From an uncultured virus (IMG/VR IMGVR_UViG_3300031539_000003) (taxonomy: Duplodnaviria; Heunggongvirae; Uroviricota; Caudoviricetes): 64,000 nucleotides of DNA. Position numbers and translations under genes: made by a program. The stretch lies in IMG/VR virus record IMGVR_UViG_3300031539_000003; one strand, 5' to 3'. Shown here in pieces: positions 27,961 through 39,066 of this stretch. The stretch's first letter is position 1; the number at the start of each line of letters is the position of its first letter. The notes beneath the pieces are model-generated. The model searched no databases and was not told the DNA's origin. It saw only the letters and a list, made by a program, of their open reading frames with translations.

Positions 27961-30900
27961 TTATGATGATTCGATAATACTTAATCCACTAATATTACGA
28001 GAAGGCAGGCTAGTGGTTCTCATCAGTCTAATATTGAACGATTTTCTATCGTAAGCATATAAAACATCATTTCCGATATCCTTTGCAACATAAAACAAAA
28101 GATTACCAAAAACTCTTAAATAATAGAAATCACTTACATCGCCATGAAAAACCTTAAAATCTAATTTAGGATTACTACTTGTTACTAATCCATAATGTTT
28201 ACTATACCCATATTTCTCTGAACTCCCAGGATTACCTTCGTTGGCATTAATAACTGTAATTCCCTCATCAGTTGCCACATAGAGTAAATTAGATAAAGTT
28301 ATTTCACTCTCCTGATAGGAAGATTCTCCAACCATAATAAAAATATTATTCACATTTGATGATAATATATCAGGAGCGGTAGCTGGTACAGGGGTAGTAT
28401 CATAGGTATAATCAGGGGTTACCCTATCACCAGTATCACTGGAAATATTATAAAAAACTCCAACCGTACCATCTACTATTGGTGTATAATAAAGTTTATC
28501 ATCAGTAGTAATAAAAACACTCCCCACATCCTTACCGGCAGCATAACTAAATTCAGACAAAGAATTCTTAATGACAACAATCCCATCGTCTGATCCCACA
28601 GCAATAAAATCATCACCATCAATCCTTGCCCCATGAATAGTCTTAACAACACCACTATTTAATTCAGGGCCAACGGAAACAATATATCCTGACGCTGCAT
28701 TTCTATCTAAAATATTACCATCATAATTATAATAAGAAGATTCCCTGGGATTCCTAATTTCATCATTAACAAAATCAATTTCGACAAGACCACCATAAAC
28801 ACTACTCACTTCACCTTTTGAACAATAAATAATTCCATTCATAGCAAATATAGCATCTATAGCAGAATCACCATCAATAGCATTATCAACCGATGATGAA
28901 AACTTCATCCATAACGTATTATCACTAGCGTTTACAATATCTAGCCCTTCATCAGTAATTATCAAATAAACAATATCGGGAAAATCACCATTCTCAACAT
29001 GCCACCCCTTAAAAATATCCTGTTTCCATGCAGGGCTAATATCATCAAGAGAAGTATCATATATAAAAACATTATTTACAACATCACTCTGTAAAACGTT
29101 TGAAAAATTATATATATATTCAGGAATAGGGAAAAACTCATAAGCACCAATATCTACCCCTATATCCTGTCTCCTCTCCACTCCATTAAAATCATCGTCA
29201 GGAGCAGTATCTTCTTGACCAATATTAATACATGGACTATCAGGAGTTAAATAAAAATTATCGTTATCATAATCAACAAATAATGGATCTATCCTAATAT
29301 TATTGTGCTTTTCCCATCGAGGAACTAACCCAGAAAAATCTTCATTATTTCCCCAAAAACAATTATGGTCAGTATCCCATAATGGATTTGCTATTATCGC
29401 AACATTATTCTCATAAAAAATATTATTCCTAACTACAGACTTATCATTATTCGGCAATAAATTCTCTATAACATTAGCGTTATCAACAAAAGTATTATTT
29501 ATAATATCAGACGGGGATTCATTCAATTCAATAACTACTTCACCTGCATTATAAAAAATATTATTAGTAATAGACACATCTGTACAATCAACCAACTGGA
29601 TATGTTTAAGCCCACCTCTAAAAATATTCTTATCAATATTTATATTAGTAGATGGATTAGCATAAATAGGATAATCACCCTCAAAAATATTTCTCTCAAT
29701 CGTTATATCATCAGATCCAATAATAGAAATAATACCATTGTCAGCATTCGTAAAAATTAATCCACTAATAGTAATATCCTGAACAGATGATAAAGTTATT
29801 GCATTCCTATCTTCCATATCAATAGTAGGAGCATAACCATCTGCTACCACTATTGATAAACCATTATTCGCAATATTAAATGATTCAAAAAATGTATCAT
29901 CAGTTTGTATTTTCAATATATCATTATCAATAGCATTATCAACTGCAGCTCTAATAGAATGATATTTTGTAGTAGTGGTTAAGTTCTCAACGGAAGCATC
30001 AGTCAATTTATACCATGTTGAATCATACAATGTACCATCAGTCTCATTCCCATATTCATCTTTTACCTTTATATATACCTTTTTCAATCCCTGAAATGAT
30101 TTCCCCCCATAATCACTTATAAGATCCCAACTTGATCTAGTCGTAGCATATGGTTCATAACTTGACCAATCCATACTATTATTACTAAATTTCATGCTCG
30201 TAACATTACCTGAAACAGAAATCAATAAATCTACAATACCATTCGATGTTACATCTTCCTCAACCTCCGTACTAGTATCTATTGCAAATGAACTTATAGT
30301 TGGGACCGCTGTATCAACAAGTCCAGAATCGGTTGCTATATTACTGTCAAACGTACCATCGTATGCCCTCATTCTCACATAAACAGTAGTCTCTTCAACT
30401 CCTACTCCTAAATCTGCTAATACATCCCATACAAAATTAAAATCAGTTCCGGTAAAAGTGAAATCCAATATATCAATATTATCATGAGAGGCATCTGTGA
30501 CACTAGGAGTCATTGTTTCTTCTTCTCCGGTAAAATTACCAGTAAAACTATACTCATACAGATTCAAACTACAAGTATCATAATTCTGATCAATGCCAGT
30601 ATAACCAATATCAACCATCCCACTACCATCACTTCTTTGCGATAAACTATTTATAATTATTGATGGTGCAACATTCGCTACGCTATATTCAAATGCCCCA
30701 ATATCAAAGCCTAATATTCTAGGCCTGGATATACCATCAAAGTCATGGTATGGAGCATCAGTAGCAATACCTTTATCTATACATAAACTTGTAGGTAATA
30801 ATCTAAAATCATCACCAACATAATTGACGTAGCTAGGATTTAAAGAATTTGCATCAACTCCACCACTTGTATTTATATAATTATTTGAATTATTCCAAAC

Positions 30901-31569
30901 ATTATTATTAGTTTTAATAGAATAATCTGGGGTAAGAGGTGTTGTCAAAACTATACCGTTCACATTATGGGTAACATTATTATTTCTAATCCTTATTGTC
31001 TGTTCTCCCCTAAATCTAATTCCAGTCCCACAATCAACAATAGTATTATTGACAACATAAGGATTAACAACACCGACATCAGTAGTAATCCCATAACCAG
31101 TTATATTTCTAATAACGCAATTATTAACTCTATTATTTAATGCTCCACTAACTAAAACTCCATTATTCCCATTATATAATAGGCACGAATCAACATCTAC
31201 ATCCCTAACACCAGACGCAATTTCTATCAAATAAGTTCCTACATAATAATTATGAACTTTACAATTATTAATTTTAGAATAATTACTCCCTGTTGAAAAA
31301 ATTATAGCAGCAGTAATATCAAACAAACTCAAATAAACATATCGAGATACAATGGTAATATTACCATTAATAATAACCGTATCCCCGCTGTTTGCTTCTA
31401 TAGTTATATAATAAGAAGATGTTGTAGTCTTTGATCCAACAGAAAATCCAGCATAAGTACCACCATAAACAAGGATTTTATAATAGTCAGTCAATGGAGA
31501 AACTATAGCATCCACAGCATCCTGTATTGTAGAATACGGTTTCCCTGAACCAACCTCATATAGTATCAT
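27961..31569 (-). CDS. Virion protein with two right-handed beta-helix (pectin-lyase-like) modules; possible depolymerase/adhesin
   Basis: YSTIQDAVDA start, Asn-ladder repeats, two copies of DFxLxxxSxCIxxG...DFxGxxR...DIGAxEx. Confidence 0.75.
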   Translation of the reverse strand: MILYEVGSGKPYSTIQDAVDAIVSPLTDYYKILVYGGTYAGFSVGSKTTTSSYYITIEANSGDTVIINGNITIVSRYVYLSLFDITAAIIFSTGSNYSKINNCKVHNYYVGTYLIEIASGVRDVDVDSCLLYNGNNGVLVSGALNNRVNNCVIRNITGYGITTDVGVVNPYVVNNTIVDCGTGIRFRGEQTIRIRNNNVTHNVNGIVLTTPLTPDYSIKTNNNVWNNSNNYINTSGGVDANSLNPSYVNYVGDDFRLLPTSLCIDKGIATDAPYHDFDGISRPRILGFDIGAFEYSVANVAPSIIINSLSQRSDGSGMVDIGYTGIDQNYDTCSLNLYEYSFTGNFTGEEETMTPSVTDASHDNIDILDFTFTGTDFNFVWDVLADLGVGVEETTVYVRMRAYDGTFDSNIATDSGLVDTAVPTISSFAIDTSTEVEEDVTSNGIVDLLISVSGNVTSMKFSNNSMDWSSYEPYATTRSSWDLISDYGGKSFQGLKKVYIKVKDEYGNETDGTLYDSTWYKLTDASVENLTTTTKYHSIRAAVDNAIDNDILKIQTDDTFFESFNIANNGLSIVVADGYAPTIDMEDRNAITLSSVQDITISGLIFTNADNGIISIIGSDDITIERNIFEGDYPIYANPSTNINIDKNIFRGGLKHIQLVDCTDVSITNNIFYNAGEVVIELNESPSDIINNTFVDNANVIENLLPNNDKSVVRNNIFYENNVAIIANPLWDTDHNCFWGNNEDFSGLVPRWEKHNNIRIDPLFVDYDNDNFYLTPDSPCINIGQEDTAPDDDFNGVERRQDIGVDIGAYEFFPIPEYIYNFSNVLQSDVVNNVFIYDTSLDDISPAWKQDIFKGWHVENGDFPDIVYLIITDEGLDIVNASDNTLWMKFSSSVDNAIDGDSAIDAIFAMNGIIYCSKGEVSSVYGGLVEIDFVNDEIRNPRESSYYNYDGNILDRNAASGYIVSVGPELNSGVVKTIHGARIDGDDFIAVGSDDGIVVIKNSLSEFSYAAGKDVGSVFITTDDKLYYTPIVDGTVGVFYNISSDTGDRVTPDYTYDTTPVPATAPDILSSNVNNIFIMVGESSYQESEITLSNLLYVATDEGITVINANEGNPGSSEKYGYSKHYGLVTSSNPKLDFKVFHGDVSDFYYLRVFGNLLFYVAKDIGNDVLYAYDRKSFNIRLMRTTSLPSRNISGLSIIESS

Positions 31570-31583
31570 ATCTTATTCTCCTA

Positions 31584-32198
31584 CTAAAAAGTAAGTACGC
31601 ATTTTGTTTCTCCGGCATAAACACCAGTCGGTGGTAAAATGTAAGTTCCAGTTGTCGGTATTGGTGCGATAATATTTCCTGAAAGTCCGTTATATATGTG
31701 TGTCCCCATAATATCCCATGCTACACCCCTATCACTAGGTGTAGACGCTGACATTTGACCATAACATGGAGTAGCCATAGCAGCCATAGGGAAGGTAGCC
31801 ACACCAGCCCCAGCGATAGGATTTAATGCAGTCCCACTTATAATTGATACAGGCCAAGGCACTAACCACGCCTGAAGAGCACCAAAAAATGCAATCATAG
31901 TAGCCTGTGGATCTGTACCTGCTATCATACTTAAAAACAAAGCCTTTAATGCTAATGATGCTGCTACTGTCAAATCAACTGTTACTGATTCAGTAAATGG
32001 AAATGGTACCAATGGAGTTGGCGGAGTCACAACACCAACCGTTGTAGCCGATATTGACCAATTAGCATCAATATGACCTTGAATACCATTCGCAACAGCC
32101 TCAGTAGCAGGATCCCTATAATTATTAGGATCTAACCCATCCCATATAATAGAATCAAGTTCAGCTATTACATCACTTGCTATATCACCACCAGCCAT
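31584..32198 (-). CDS. Hypothetical baseplate-associated protein
   Basis: 204-aa A/G/P/T-rich ORF downstream of the spike gene, with RBS. Confidence 0.6.
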   Translation of the reverse strand: MAGGDIASDVIAELDSIIWDGLDPNNYRDPATEAVANGIQGHIDANWSISATTVGVVTPPTPLVPFPFTESVTVDLTVAASLALKALFLSMIAGTDPQATMIAFFGALQAWLVPWPVSIISGTALNPIAGAGVATFPMAAMATPCYGQMSASTPSDRGVAWDIMGTHIYNGLSGNIIAPIPTTGTYILPPTGVYAGETKCVLTF

Positions 32199-32218
32199 AT
32201 CATCTTTCCTTTAAATTA

Positions 32219-32583
32219 TTATGCAACTAAACAATTTTCTTGCTCTCTTAATTTTATATGCTCTTCTTTATGGCATTCTTCACAATATGTAATACCATTA
32301 TCTACATCATAAAAATAATCATCATGCAAAACAGAAAATGTATCAATCTCGTATTGTTCTTCAATACCAATATATTGATCAATCAAATCAGATAAAGATT
32401 CTCTATGGTGAGCATTCAAACGTCCACCCCACATTGCATACACTTTCTTACTTCTCTTTTTGATTAACGATATTTAACAGAACACTGAGAAGAACATGTC
32501 ACCCTCCATGCACTTTCTGATTTAGTACAACTAAATTCTTCTCTACACCAAATACATTGCTTTATTATTCTCACTTTTTTCAT
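32219..32583 (-). pseudogene. Disrupted HNH homing endonuclease with N-terminal zinc fingers
   Basis: 32583..32464 encodes MKKVRIIKQCIWCREEF...TCSSQCSVKYR*; the same frame continues KCMQCG after TAA; the HNH core (GGRLNAHH...NGITYCEECHKEEH) is in a different frame. Confidence 0.7.
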
Positions 32584-32658
32584 AACCCCAATCGCTCAAA
32601 GTAACACTTCAATGCTACTTTATTTCATTAGCTAACACATTAAAATCCATTGCCATTA

Positions 32659-35600
32659 TTAAGCCCCTTTAAGCTTCACGATACCAGCCCCAGGGCCTCC
32701 ATGTGGAGCGCCTGTAAACGCGCATATCGGGAGAATATTAGGCATCCATATGGCTGCATCGCCAGACTCTAATGTTACAAATGTCCCACCTTTCACCTTT
32801 GTTTCCATAACAGACTCTACAACCACATTCCCATCTTTTGCAATATCAATTTTTGAACTACCAGCACTTATATTAATGTCCCCACTATTATTATAAACAA
32901 CTGTAGCCCCTCCAGCATCAATTGTAATCCCAGTATCATCCATTGTAATAGTATTACCGGTAGAATCAGTAATAACTATTTTCTTATTCGCCTTATCGAG
33001 AACAATGCTATTATCTTCACTACCTTCCTGCCCATTTAATATCTTCGCTATCTTATTGACAGCATCCATTAGTATTTTATTAGTGCCAGCATCTGCATCT
33101 TCAAACTGATTTTCTCTATTCGTAATTTCAACAGTTTTTGCATCGCCAGCGTCTGTCTTAATCAAATTAAGACCATCACTCATTTCCAATACGGCTTTAC
33201 CCTGCTCGGCATTATCACTCTCTCTGATAGCCATATAAGCCCCTGTGCGGGCTCCCCATGCCGTAGGTGTCTCAAGAGTAAGATGCTGATCCCTGAACGT
33301 ATTATGATAGATATAGAAGTCTACAAGACTATCTGCCGGAGTCGCACTATCTGCTGTTTCTTCCCATATTATTGTTCCCACCTGATCAAGTGCATCTTCT
33401 TCAGGATTCATCGGACGATAATTGGTAGTATCCCAATGATTAAACAACAATGACATCGACATTTTATGAGTAGTTGCAGTTAATTCATTCTCCTGAATAA
33501 CTAATCCGGAATTAGTATAATGCATCAATTCCAGTTTCCCCTTCGGAAGAATCAATCTCATATCAGCATCAGAACCTTCTATCGCATTATCGGTAGCATT
33601 CGTAGATTCTTCCCATATATCTACCGGCACCGTTTGATTCGGCTCATCACCTTCAAGTAAATCCTCAAAAACTAACCTATTCCCTAATTGTATTGAACTA
33701 TCATCCGGAAGTATCTTATTGCCATAAATTGACTGAGCTAAAGTTATTTTTGTCGCAGTATTATAAGTATCATGTTTATCTTCAAAAGTAACAACCCCTT
33801 CGCCATCTTCTGAATAATTCTCTTCCCTAATTCCATAAATAGTTTCAAATTTTAAATCACATAAATCATACCTTTTGGGCTCATGTGCATTATTCTTTTC
33901 ACCTTCTTTATAATTTATTACTGTAGTACCATCACTTTTCGGTACATACTCCCATTCACGCAATCTCAAATCAATAACTGGAGCATGATATGTAGATACA
34001 GAATCATAATCTATATCTCCACTTTCATCTTTTGGTAACTGCTCTTCAAAAAAAAGTCCACTACTAGTATAATGAGCAAACTCAGCATTTGCTTTTGGCT
34101 TCATTAATAGATCGATATTATCAACTCTAATATCTGTATTACGAGCAGCTAACGGAACATCTATTTCTTCGTGAGTATAATGCCCTTCTGTACACCCAGG
34201 CCAATGTGGACACTTTTTCTTACCCAATTTTTCATCTTCTCTACCCGATTCATAAGTAGTCTGTCGCTCTTCTTCAGGATAATCATTACCATCAGGATCT
34301 ACATTTAATTTACATCTACTACCATCATCATGAATACATTTAAAATCTTCAAAATCAGCATTAGTTGGCGTTCTCTTCAAGTCGTAAAATTGAATCCTAG
34401 AAGGTCTTGTCCCTGGAAGTGGATTCTTTATTCTTGTCTCCGTTCCACCTGCAACTAAATGTTGAACATCATAATAAACTATTTCTTCGTCAGATATTCT
34501 CTGAACACCAGTATTATCATGAGCCAGCCTCAAATGAACAGCATTATAATAACTATTCTTACAATCATCTTCCATCAATAACGATGCTAACGGTTTTTCT
34601 TGATCATCAAGTCCCCCTAAATTTTTAAATTTTGGTGTTTGACGAATCAATGATAAATCCAATCCTATTGAACTCTGATTCCAGTCATCTCCCAAATCAT
34701 ATGTTTTCTTTGCTTTCTCCTCAATAATCAATCCACTTTGAGTATAATGTTTAAAAACAATAGAGCCACGCGGGAAATTATTTAAAAGACCAAATTCGTC
34801 TAATGTTTCATCTAAAAAAGAATCAGTATTCAATGCAAAAGATTTTGGTCTATTGCCATCTGCCAAATATCGTCCATCTTCTCTCATTGCACTCCCGATT
34901 GCAACTCTATCGGGATATTCCTCCATAAATATTCCCATACCCATATAATGAGAAAATTGAGCCTTACCTTTTGGAGGGGACAATATCATAGCAAAATATT
35001 TATCATCATACTCATGCATTAAATAATGTTTTGGAGTCGAAGTATTTTCACTCTGATAAAGAGGTCCACCGACAACAGTATTGGCATCTGATATAACAAT
35101 AAATGCATCACCAGAATCATTGTACTGCACTGGTGCTTCCCACTCAATATATACATTTAAATAAATACTAGATTCATCACTTGACTCATAATCTAAAACA
35201 ACTCTAATTATTTGCCCCGGCAAAATAGATGGATTACTCGCTGACGTAACCTTAAATTTTAATTGGGCAGTTGTACTTTCTTCATCATCTAATTCTAAAT
35301 TTACCTGATTCGCTGTATCTAAATTAAGATCACCAGTAATTGGTTGTGTATAAGTAAATGACCACTGATGACCTAGTTGGTGTCTAAGAAGAACATCTCC
35401 CAAATTATGAACTGGAGGTTTTTCAGTATCAATATCATATGTCCTTCCTATAATAACAGATTTATTATGATCGTTATCAATAGGAAGGGCAATTACAGAT
35501 TGCTCTTCACGTGGAGAACAAATAAACCCATATCCATCTCCAGCATAAGGAGTAACTATTGCACGACTTGATAAGACAATATCCCCTACTGGAAGATCAA

Positions 35601-35739
35601 TATCAGCATCTATCTTGTAATCTACATTATCTACATTCTTAATTTTTGCCTTACGACTAGCTGGCTGTTTTTTTACAGCATTCTCGGCTATCTTTTTTGA
35701 AGTAGATATTATGGTACTACCTAAACTAGCTCCTGACAT
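32659..35739 (-). CDS. Central baseplate spike (gpV/gp5-like), greatly enlarged
   Basis: N-terminal OB-fold motif TPYAGDGYGFICSPREEQSV...IIG; C-terminal beta-helix repeats (ITDSTGNTITMDDTGITI); tip motif CAFTGAPHG. Confidence 0.8.
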   Translation of the reverse strand: MSGASLGSTIISTSKKIAENAVKKQPASRKAKIKNVDNVDYKIDADIDLPVGDIVLSSRAIVTPYAGDGYGFICSPREEQSVIALPIDNDHNKSVIIGRTYDIDTEKPPVHNLGDVLLRHQLGHQWSFTYTQPITGDLNLDTANQVNLELDDEESTTAQLKFKVTSASNPSILPGQIIRVVLDYESSDESSIYLNVYIEWEAPVQYNDSGDAFIVISDANTVVGGPLYQSENTSTPKHYLMHEYDDKYFAMILSPPKGKAQFSHYMGMGIFMEEYPDRVAIGSAMREDGRYLADGNRPKSFALNTDSFLDETLDEFGLLNNFPRGSIVFKHYTQSGLIIEEKAKKTYDLGDDWNQSSIGLDLSLIRQTPKFKNLGGLDDQEKPLASLLMEDDCKNSYYNAVHLRLAHDNTGVQRISDEEIVYYDVQHLVAGGTETRIKNPLPGTRPSRIQFYDLKRTPTNADFEDFKCIHDDGSRCKLNVDPDGNDYPEEERQTTYESGREDEKLGKKKCPHWPGCTEGHYTHEEIDVPLAARNTDIRVDNIDLLMKPKANAEFAHYTSSGLFFEEQLPKDESGDIDYDSVSTYHAPVIDLRLREWEYVPKSDGTTVINYKEGEKNNAHEPKRYDLCDLKFETIYGIREENYSEDGEGVVTFEDKHDTYNTATKITLAQSIYGNKILPDDSSIQLGNRLVFEDLLEGDEPNQTVPVDIWEESTNATDNAIEGSDADMRLILPKGKLELMHYTNSGLVIQENELTATTHKMSMSLLFNHWDTTNYRPMNPEEDALDQVGTIIWEETADSATPADSLVDFYIYHNTFRDQHLTLETPTAWGARTGAYMAIRESDNAEQGKAVLEMSDGLNLIKTDAGDAKTVEITNRENQFEDADAGTNKILMDAVNKIAKILNGQEGSEDNSIVLDKANKKIVITDSTGNTITMDDTGITIDAGGATVVYNNSGDINISAGSSKIDIAKDGNVVVESVMETKVKGGTFVTLESGDAAIWMPNILPICAFTGAPHGGPGAGIVKLKGA

Positions 35740-35742
35740 AAT

Positions 35743-38700
35743 TTATATTGTCGCCTTCTGCGCTAAATGTTTACCTTCCTTGATTTGCTTCTCTGAATAT
35801 TGATTCTGTAATTTCAAAGCATCACCTTCACCCTTTGAATAATAAGCAACTTGACCAGAAAGATCATCTGTATTATAAAAATCACCAACAGAATTAGCAC
35901 TGAAAGTCTGAACTGCACCACCACTTTTGCTATAATTAATACCGACATTATCAATTAAATATGGACCAGCAAGAGCACTATTTATATCTAATATATTTAT
36001 TCTATGCCCAGGTCTCAATTCAAGAATCGGCTCACAAGTTATTTGCACTTTTCTTATTTTCTGCCTATGATCCAACAATCTTTCCTTAGCAGTTTTAATA
36101 GCATCTATCACATTATCTATTTTATTTATCTGTACAAAATCTTGTTTTACTCCATGTCGCCGAATAGACTCATCATCATTAACAATAACAATTATAACTT
36201 CAGTAAATCCTGGGCTCTTGCCCATTAATACAACTCTATTAATAGTTTGAGATGAATTCTCTTCGGCCTGAGAAGATATTAATTTAGGAAATCTATTTTT
36301 ACCTGCTTCCAATCTATATACAAATCTCTGGTCTATTTTACTCGCAAATCTTGGTCTTACATTATAAAATCCAAATTCATCAACAAACTGAATAATATCA
36401 AAATACTGGCTAGTAATTTTCTTGATAGCATCAAAAATAGTGTCACCGTCAAAAACCAAATCATTTGACAACTTCTTTAAATTCCTCAATAACTTTGCAT
36501 CTTCAATAATATTAAATGAAATTTTCGTTCCTGTACCTCCAACAACGTCTTCCGGAGGATGAACATTATCCGGAAAAGCTACTATCCATTCTCCAACAGG
36601 TGATAGGGTAACATTATCACCTCCACCGGTTGATCCAGCAGGATCTAACTCATCAGAAGATCTTCTCGCCGGAGGAACAATTGTATCAAAATCATTTGTT
36701 CCAGCAGGAGTAGGAGTAAATGTAGAATAATTATCACCTTCCCACACCCCTAAAATATCAGTTTCTAAATTAACATAAGTACGCCCACCATAACTATCAT
36801 CTGTATGAGTCCATGCACCAACAACCCATCGTCTGGGGGCATTAATAACATCTTTTGGCAATACTATTATCTGACCAGGTTTAACCGTTGGAAATTCTAC
36901 AGCATAATCATCATAATCCTTACCTACCGGTTGCAATAAAGCATCCGTATTAGCATAAGCTGACCTTTTTTTACCCGTATAATATTTATCGTGAAACGCC
37001 CTAGTAAACTGCCTTACCTTTTGATAAAAAATTTTAATTCTAAGTAACGCATCAGGATTACCCTTTTTAATAGCTTCTTCTATTAAATCAAAAGAGCCAG
37101 TATCCATCTGCTTATTCTTCGTTTTTTTAGGTTCTTTTTCTTCTACTTCATCAGCCGTAACTATATTTAAACTCTTCGCAAATGCTATAACATCAAATTT
37201 TTTACCAGATGGAGTTTGATATAAAATTATTTTATCATCACCATACCCCTTCACTTCTCTCTTTGGCCATATAGAGTCTATCTTACCTTCTACTGGGATT
37301 CGGTGTCTTAAAGTATCCCAAACTATCTCAGGATCATTAGAAGCCATAAGAGCCCCTATTTTTGTGGCTCTAGCCGCCGATGTAGTAACAGCCCTTTGTT
37401 GCATTATATACTTTACAGCATTCCACCCATCAATAAAAAATAACCTGGTAGCATTTAGCGATTTTCCATCTGATCTCTTGATAGGTTGTGGAACTCTTAT
37501 CCCATATTCAGCCCAACGTTTAGGCTTTAATTCAACCGGTCTTTTTCTATTTAATTTATCCTGATTACCAATGATAGTAGCCAATGATGTATTATTAGGC
37601 CAACCAGCATTATAAGTTTTACCTGTTTTACCATCTTTATATATCCATAATGGTGATGTACTACCCTTTCCTTCTAACTCTGCTTCTGTAACACTATTTA
37701 AACTTTTAGTATCAAATTTTTTACCACTATTGACCGGATCATTCGGCCCAATATTATCGCTATTGTCAAAAACAGCATTAACAAACTCTTCACTCAACTC
37801 AACAAGGTCTTCAATATTAATCTTATCCATCCATTCTTTCTCTTGGTCTTTAATTCCTTTCGTCACGTTTGTAGCATATTGATTATTTGCCCCTGCTTCA
37901 ATCTCTCTTCTATTTATATCTTTTAAATCATCTTCCCCTTCTGTATTTGTCAAATCATCCATACCAAAAATAGTCCCCAGTTTTCTCTGACCTTTAGGGG
38001 GAATAGAACCAATAACCCAATCGACATTACTTAATATTAAGTGCCCAAAAGGTAATCCAACCTGACTAGAAATAATATCATATATTACTTCTTCATGAGG
38101 CATCGTTATCCTTCCTTCACTAGGATAACTCTTATATATTCTAACATCTGTCAAAACAGAGCCTAAACTCCTACCCTTAAGTATTAATTTATTACCACCA
38201 TCCTTACTATAATCATAACCAACATCATCTACTTTACCGGTAAACATTAAAACTACACCATTATTATAAATCCCCCTCGATGGAGTAGGTTCATAAACAT
38301 GTTTTTTACCTTCTTCATTAGTAGTGGCAGTTTCATAATGTTTTTGTCTAATGCTAAAAAGTTTTTTATCTTCAGATGCAATGTCCTTATTCTTAACCCA
38401 TGCATCTACCTTACTGGTAAAATCAGGCTTATCGGGTTTATCATACCACATATAAACCTTAATAATATCCCCACTATGATATATCCCTCTATTTTTACCT
38501 TTGTCATTTGATAACGTAATAGATATCTGCATCGATGCTTGACTATAATTGTAACCAAAAGAACAATTCAATAAGTCAGCATCTATCAATGATATTTTAT
38601 ATAATTCTTTTCCTTTAGATATCTTCGCCAACTTTTCATTTTCTTCAACTAATTTTTCATCAACTTTAACAAAACCATACATCCCAAATTTATTTATCTG

Positions 38701-39054
38701 ATCGCTGTCTCTTTCTCGTATATTCTCTGAAGCAGGATCATAAATATACCACTGTTGATTTACACCTTTCAAAAAAGCAAAATGTATCCATTTATCCTGA
38801 AATCTTTTTCTTCTTTCTGATTCATTAATTATTTTTTTAACATCTTCTTTAGTAGCCAAATAAACAGTACCAGTACCATCAGCAGGAGTAGTAGTTTTAT
38901 CTTTAGAACTCACACCTAACTGCCTATAAAAAATCCTTCTATATATCTTTATTAATCTTCTGGGATGCCTAACATTCCCTAACTCACCAGAGATAGAAGA
39001 CAACTTACCTTTAAGTATGTCTATTGATTCTGATTCTGATTTAGAAGCACCCAT
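35743..39054 (-). CDS. Baseplate hub protein (T4 gp27 / P2 gpD / XkdQ-like) with large insertion
   Basis: ITLSN, MFTGKVDDV, LILKGRSLGSVLTD, INRVVLMG, SIRRHGVKQ, LRPGHRINI, YLIDNV; lies between LysM and spike genes. Confidence 0.75.
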   Translation of the reverse strand: MGASKSESESIDILKGKLSSISGELGNVRHPRRLIKIYRRIFYRQLGVSSKDKTTTPADGTGTVYLATKEDVKKIINESERRKRFQDKWIHFAFLKGVNQQWYIYDPASENIRERDSDQINKFGMYGFVKVDEKLVEENEKLAKISKGKELYKISLIDADLLNCSFGYNYSQASMQISITLSNDKGKNRGIYHSGDIIKVYMWYDKPDKPDFTSKVDAWVKNKDIASEDKKLFSIRQKHYETATTNEEGKKHVYEPTPSRGIYNNGVVLMFTGKVDDVGYDYSKDGGNKLILKGRSLGSVLTDVRIYKSYPSEGRITMPHEEVIYDIISSQVGLPFGHLILSNVDWVIGSIPPKGQRKLGTIFGMDDLTNTEGEDDLKDINRREIEAGANNQYATNVTKGIKDQEKEWMDKINIEDLVELSEEFVNAVFDNSDNIGPNDPVNSGKKFDTKSLNSVTEAELEGKGSTSPLWIYKDGKTGKTYNAGWPNNTSLATIIGNQDKLNRKRPVELKPKRWAEYGIRVPQPIKRSDGKSLNATRLFFIDGWNAVKYIMQQRAVTTSAARATKIGALMASNDPEIVWDTLRHRIPVEGKIDSIWPKREVKGYGDDKIILYQTPSGKKFDVIAFAKSLNIVTADEVEEKEPKKTKNKQMDTGSFDLIEEAIKKGNPDALLRIKIFYQKVRQFTRAFHDKYYTGKKRSAYANTDALLQPVGKDYDDYAVEFPTVKPGQIIVLPKDVINAPRRWVVGAWTHTDDSYGGRTYVNLETDILGVWEGDNYSTFTPTPAGTNDFDTIVPPARRSSDELDPAGSTGGGDNVTLSPVGEWIVAFPDNVHPPEDVVGGTGTKISFNIIEDAKLLRNLKKLSNDLVFDGDTIFDAIKKITSQYFDIIQFVDEFGFYNVRPRFASKIDQRFVYRLEAGKNRFPKLISSQAEENSSQTINRVVLMGKSPGFTEVIIVIVNDDESIRRHGVKQDFVQINKIDNVIDAIKTAKERLLDHRQKIRKVQITCEPILELRPGHRINILDINSALAGPYLIDNVGINYSKSGGAVQTFSANSVGDFYNTDDLSGQVAYYSKGEGDALKLQNQYSEKQIKEGKHLAQKATI

Positions 39055-39066
39055 TAATAATTCCTT

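Noticed and set aside
32219..32660. Stop-codon reassignment as explanation of fragmented ORFs
   Set aside because: All other genes are long and intact under the standard code and use TAA, TAG and TGA as stops; this locus also needs a frameshift.
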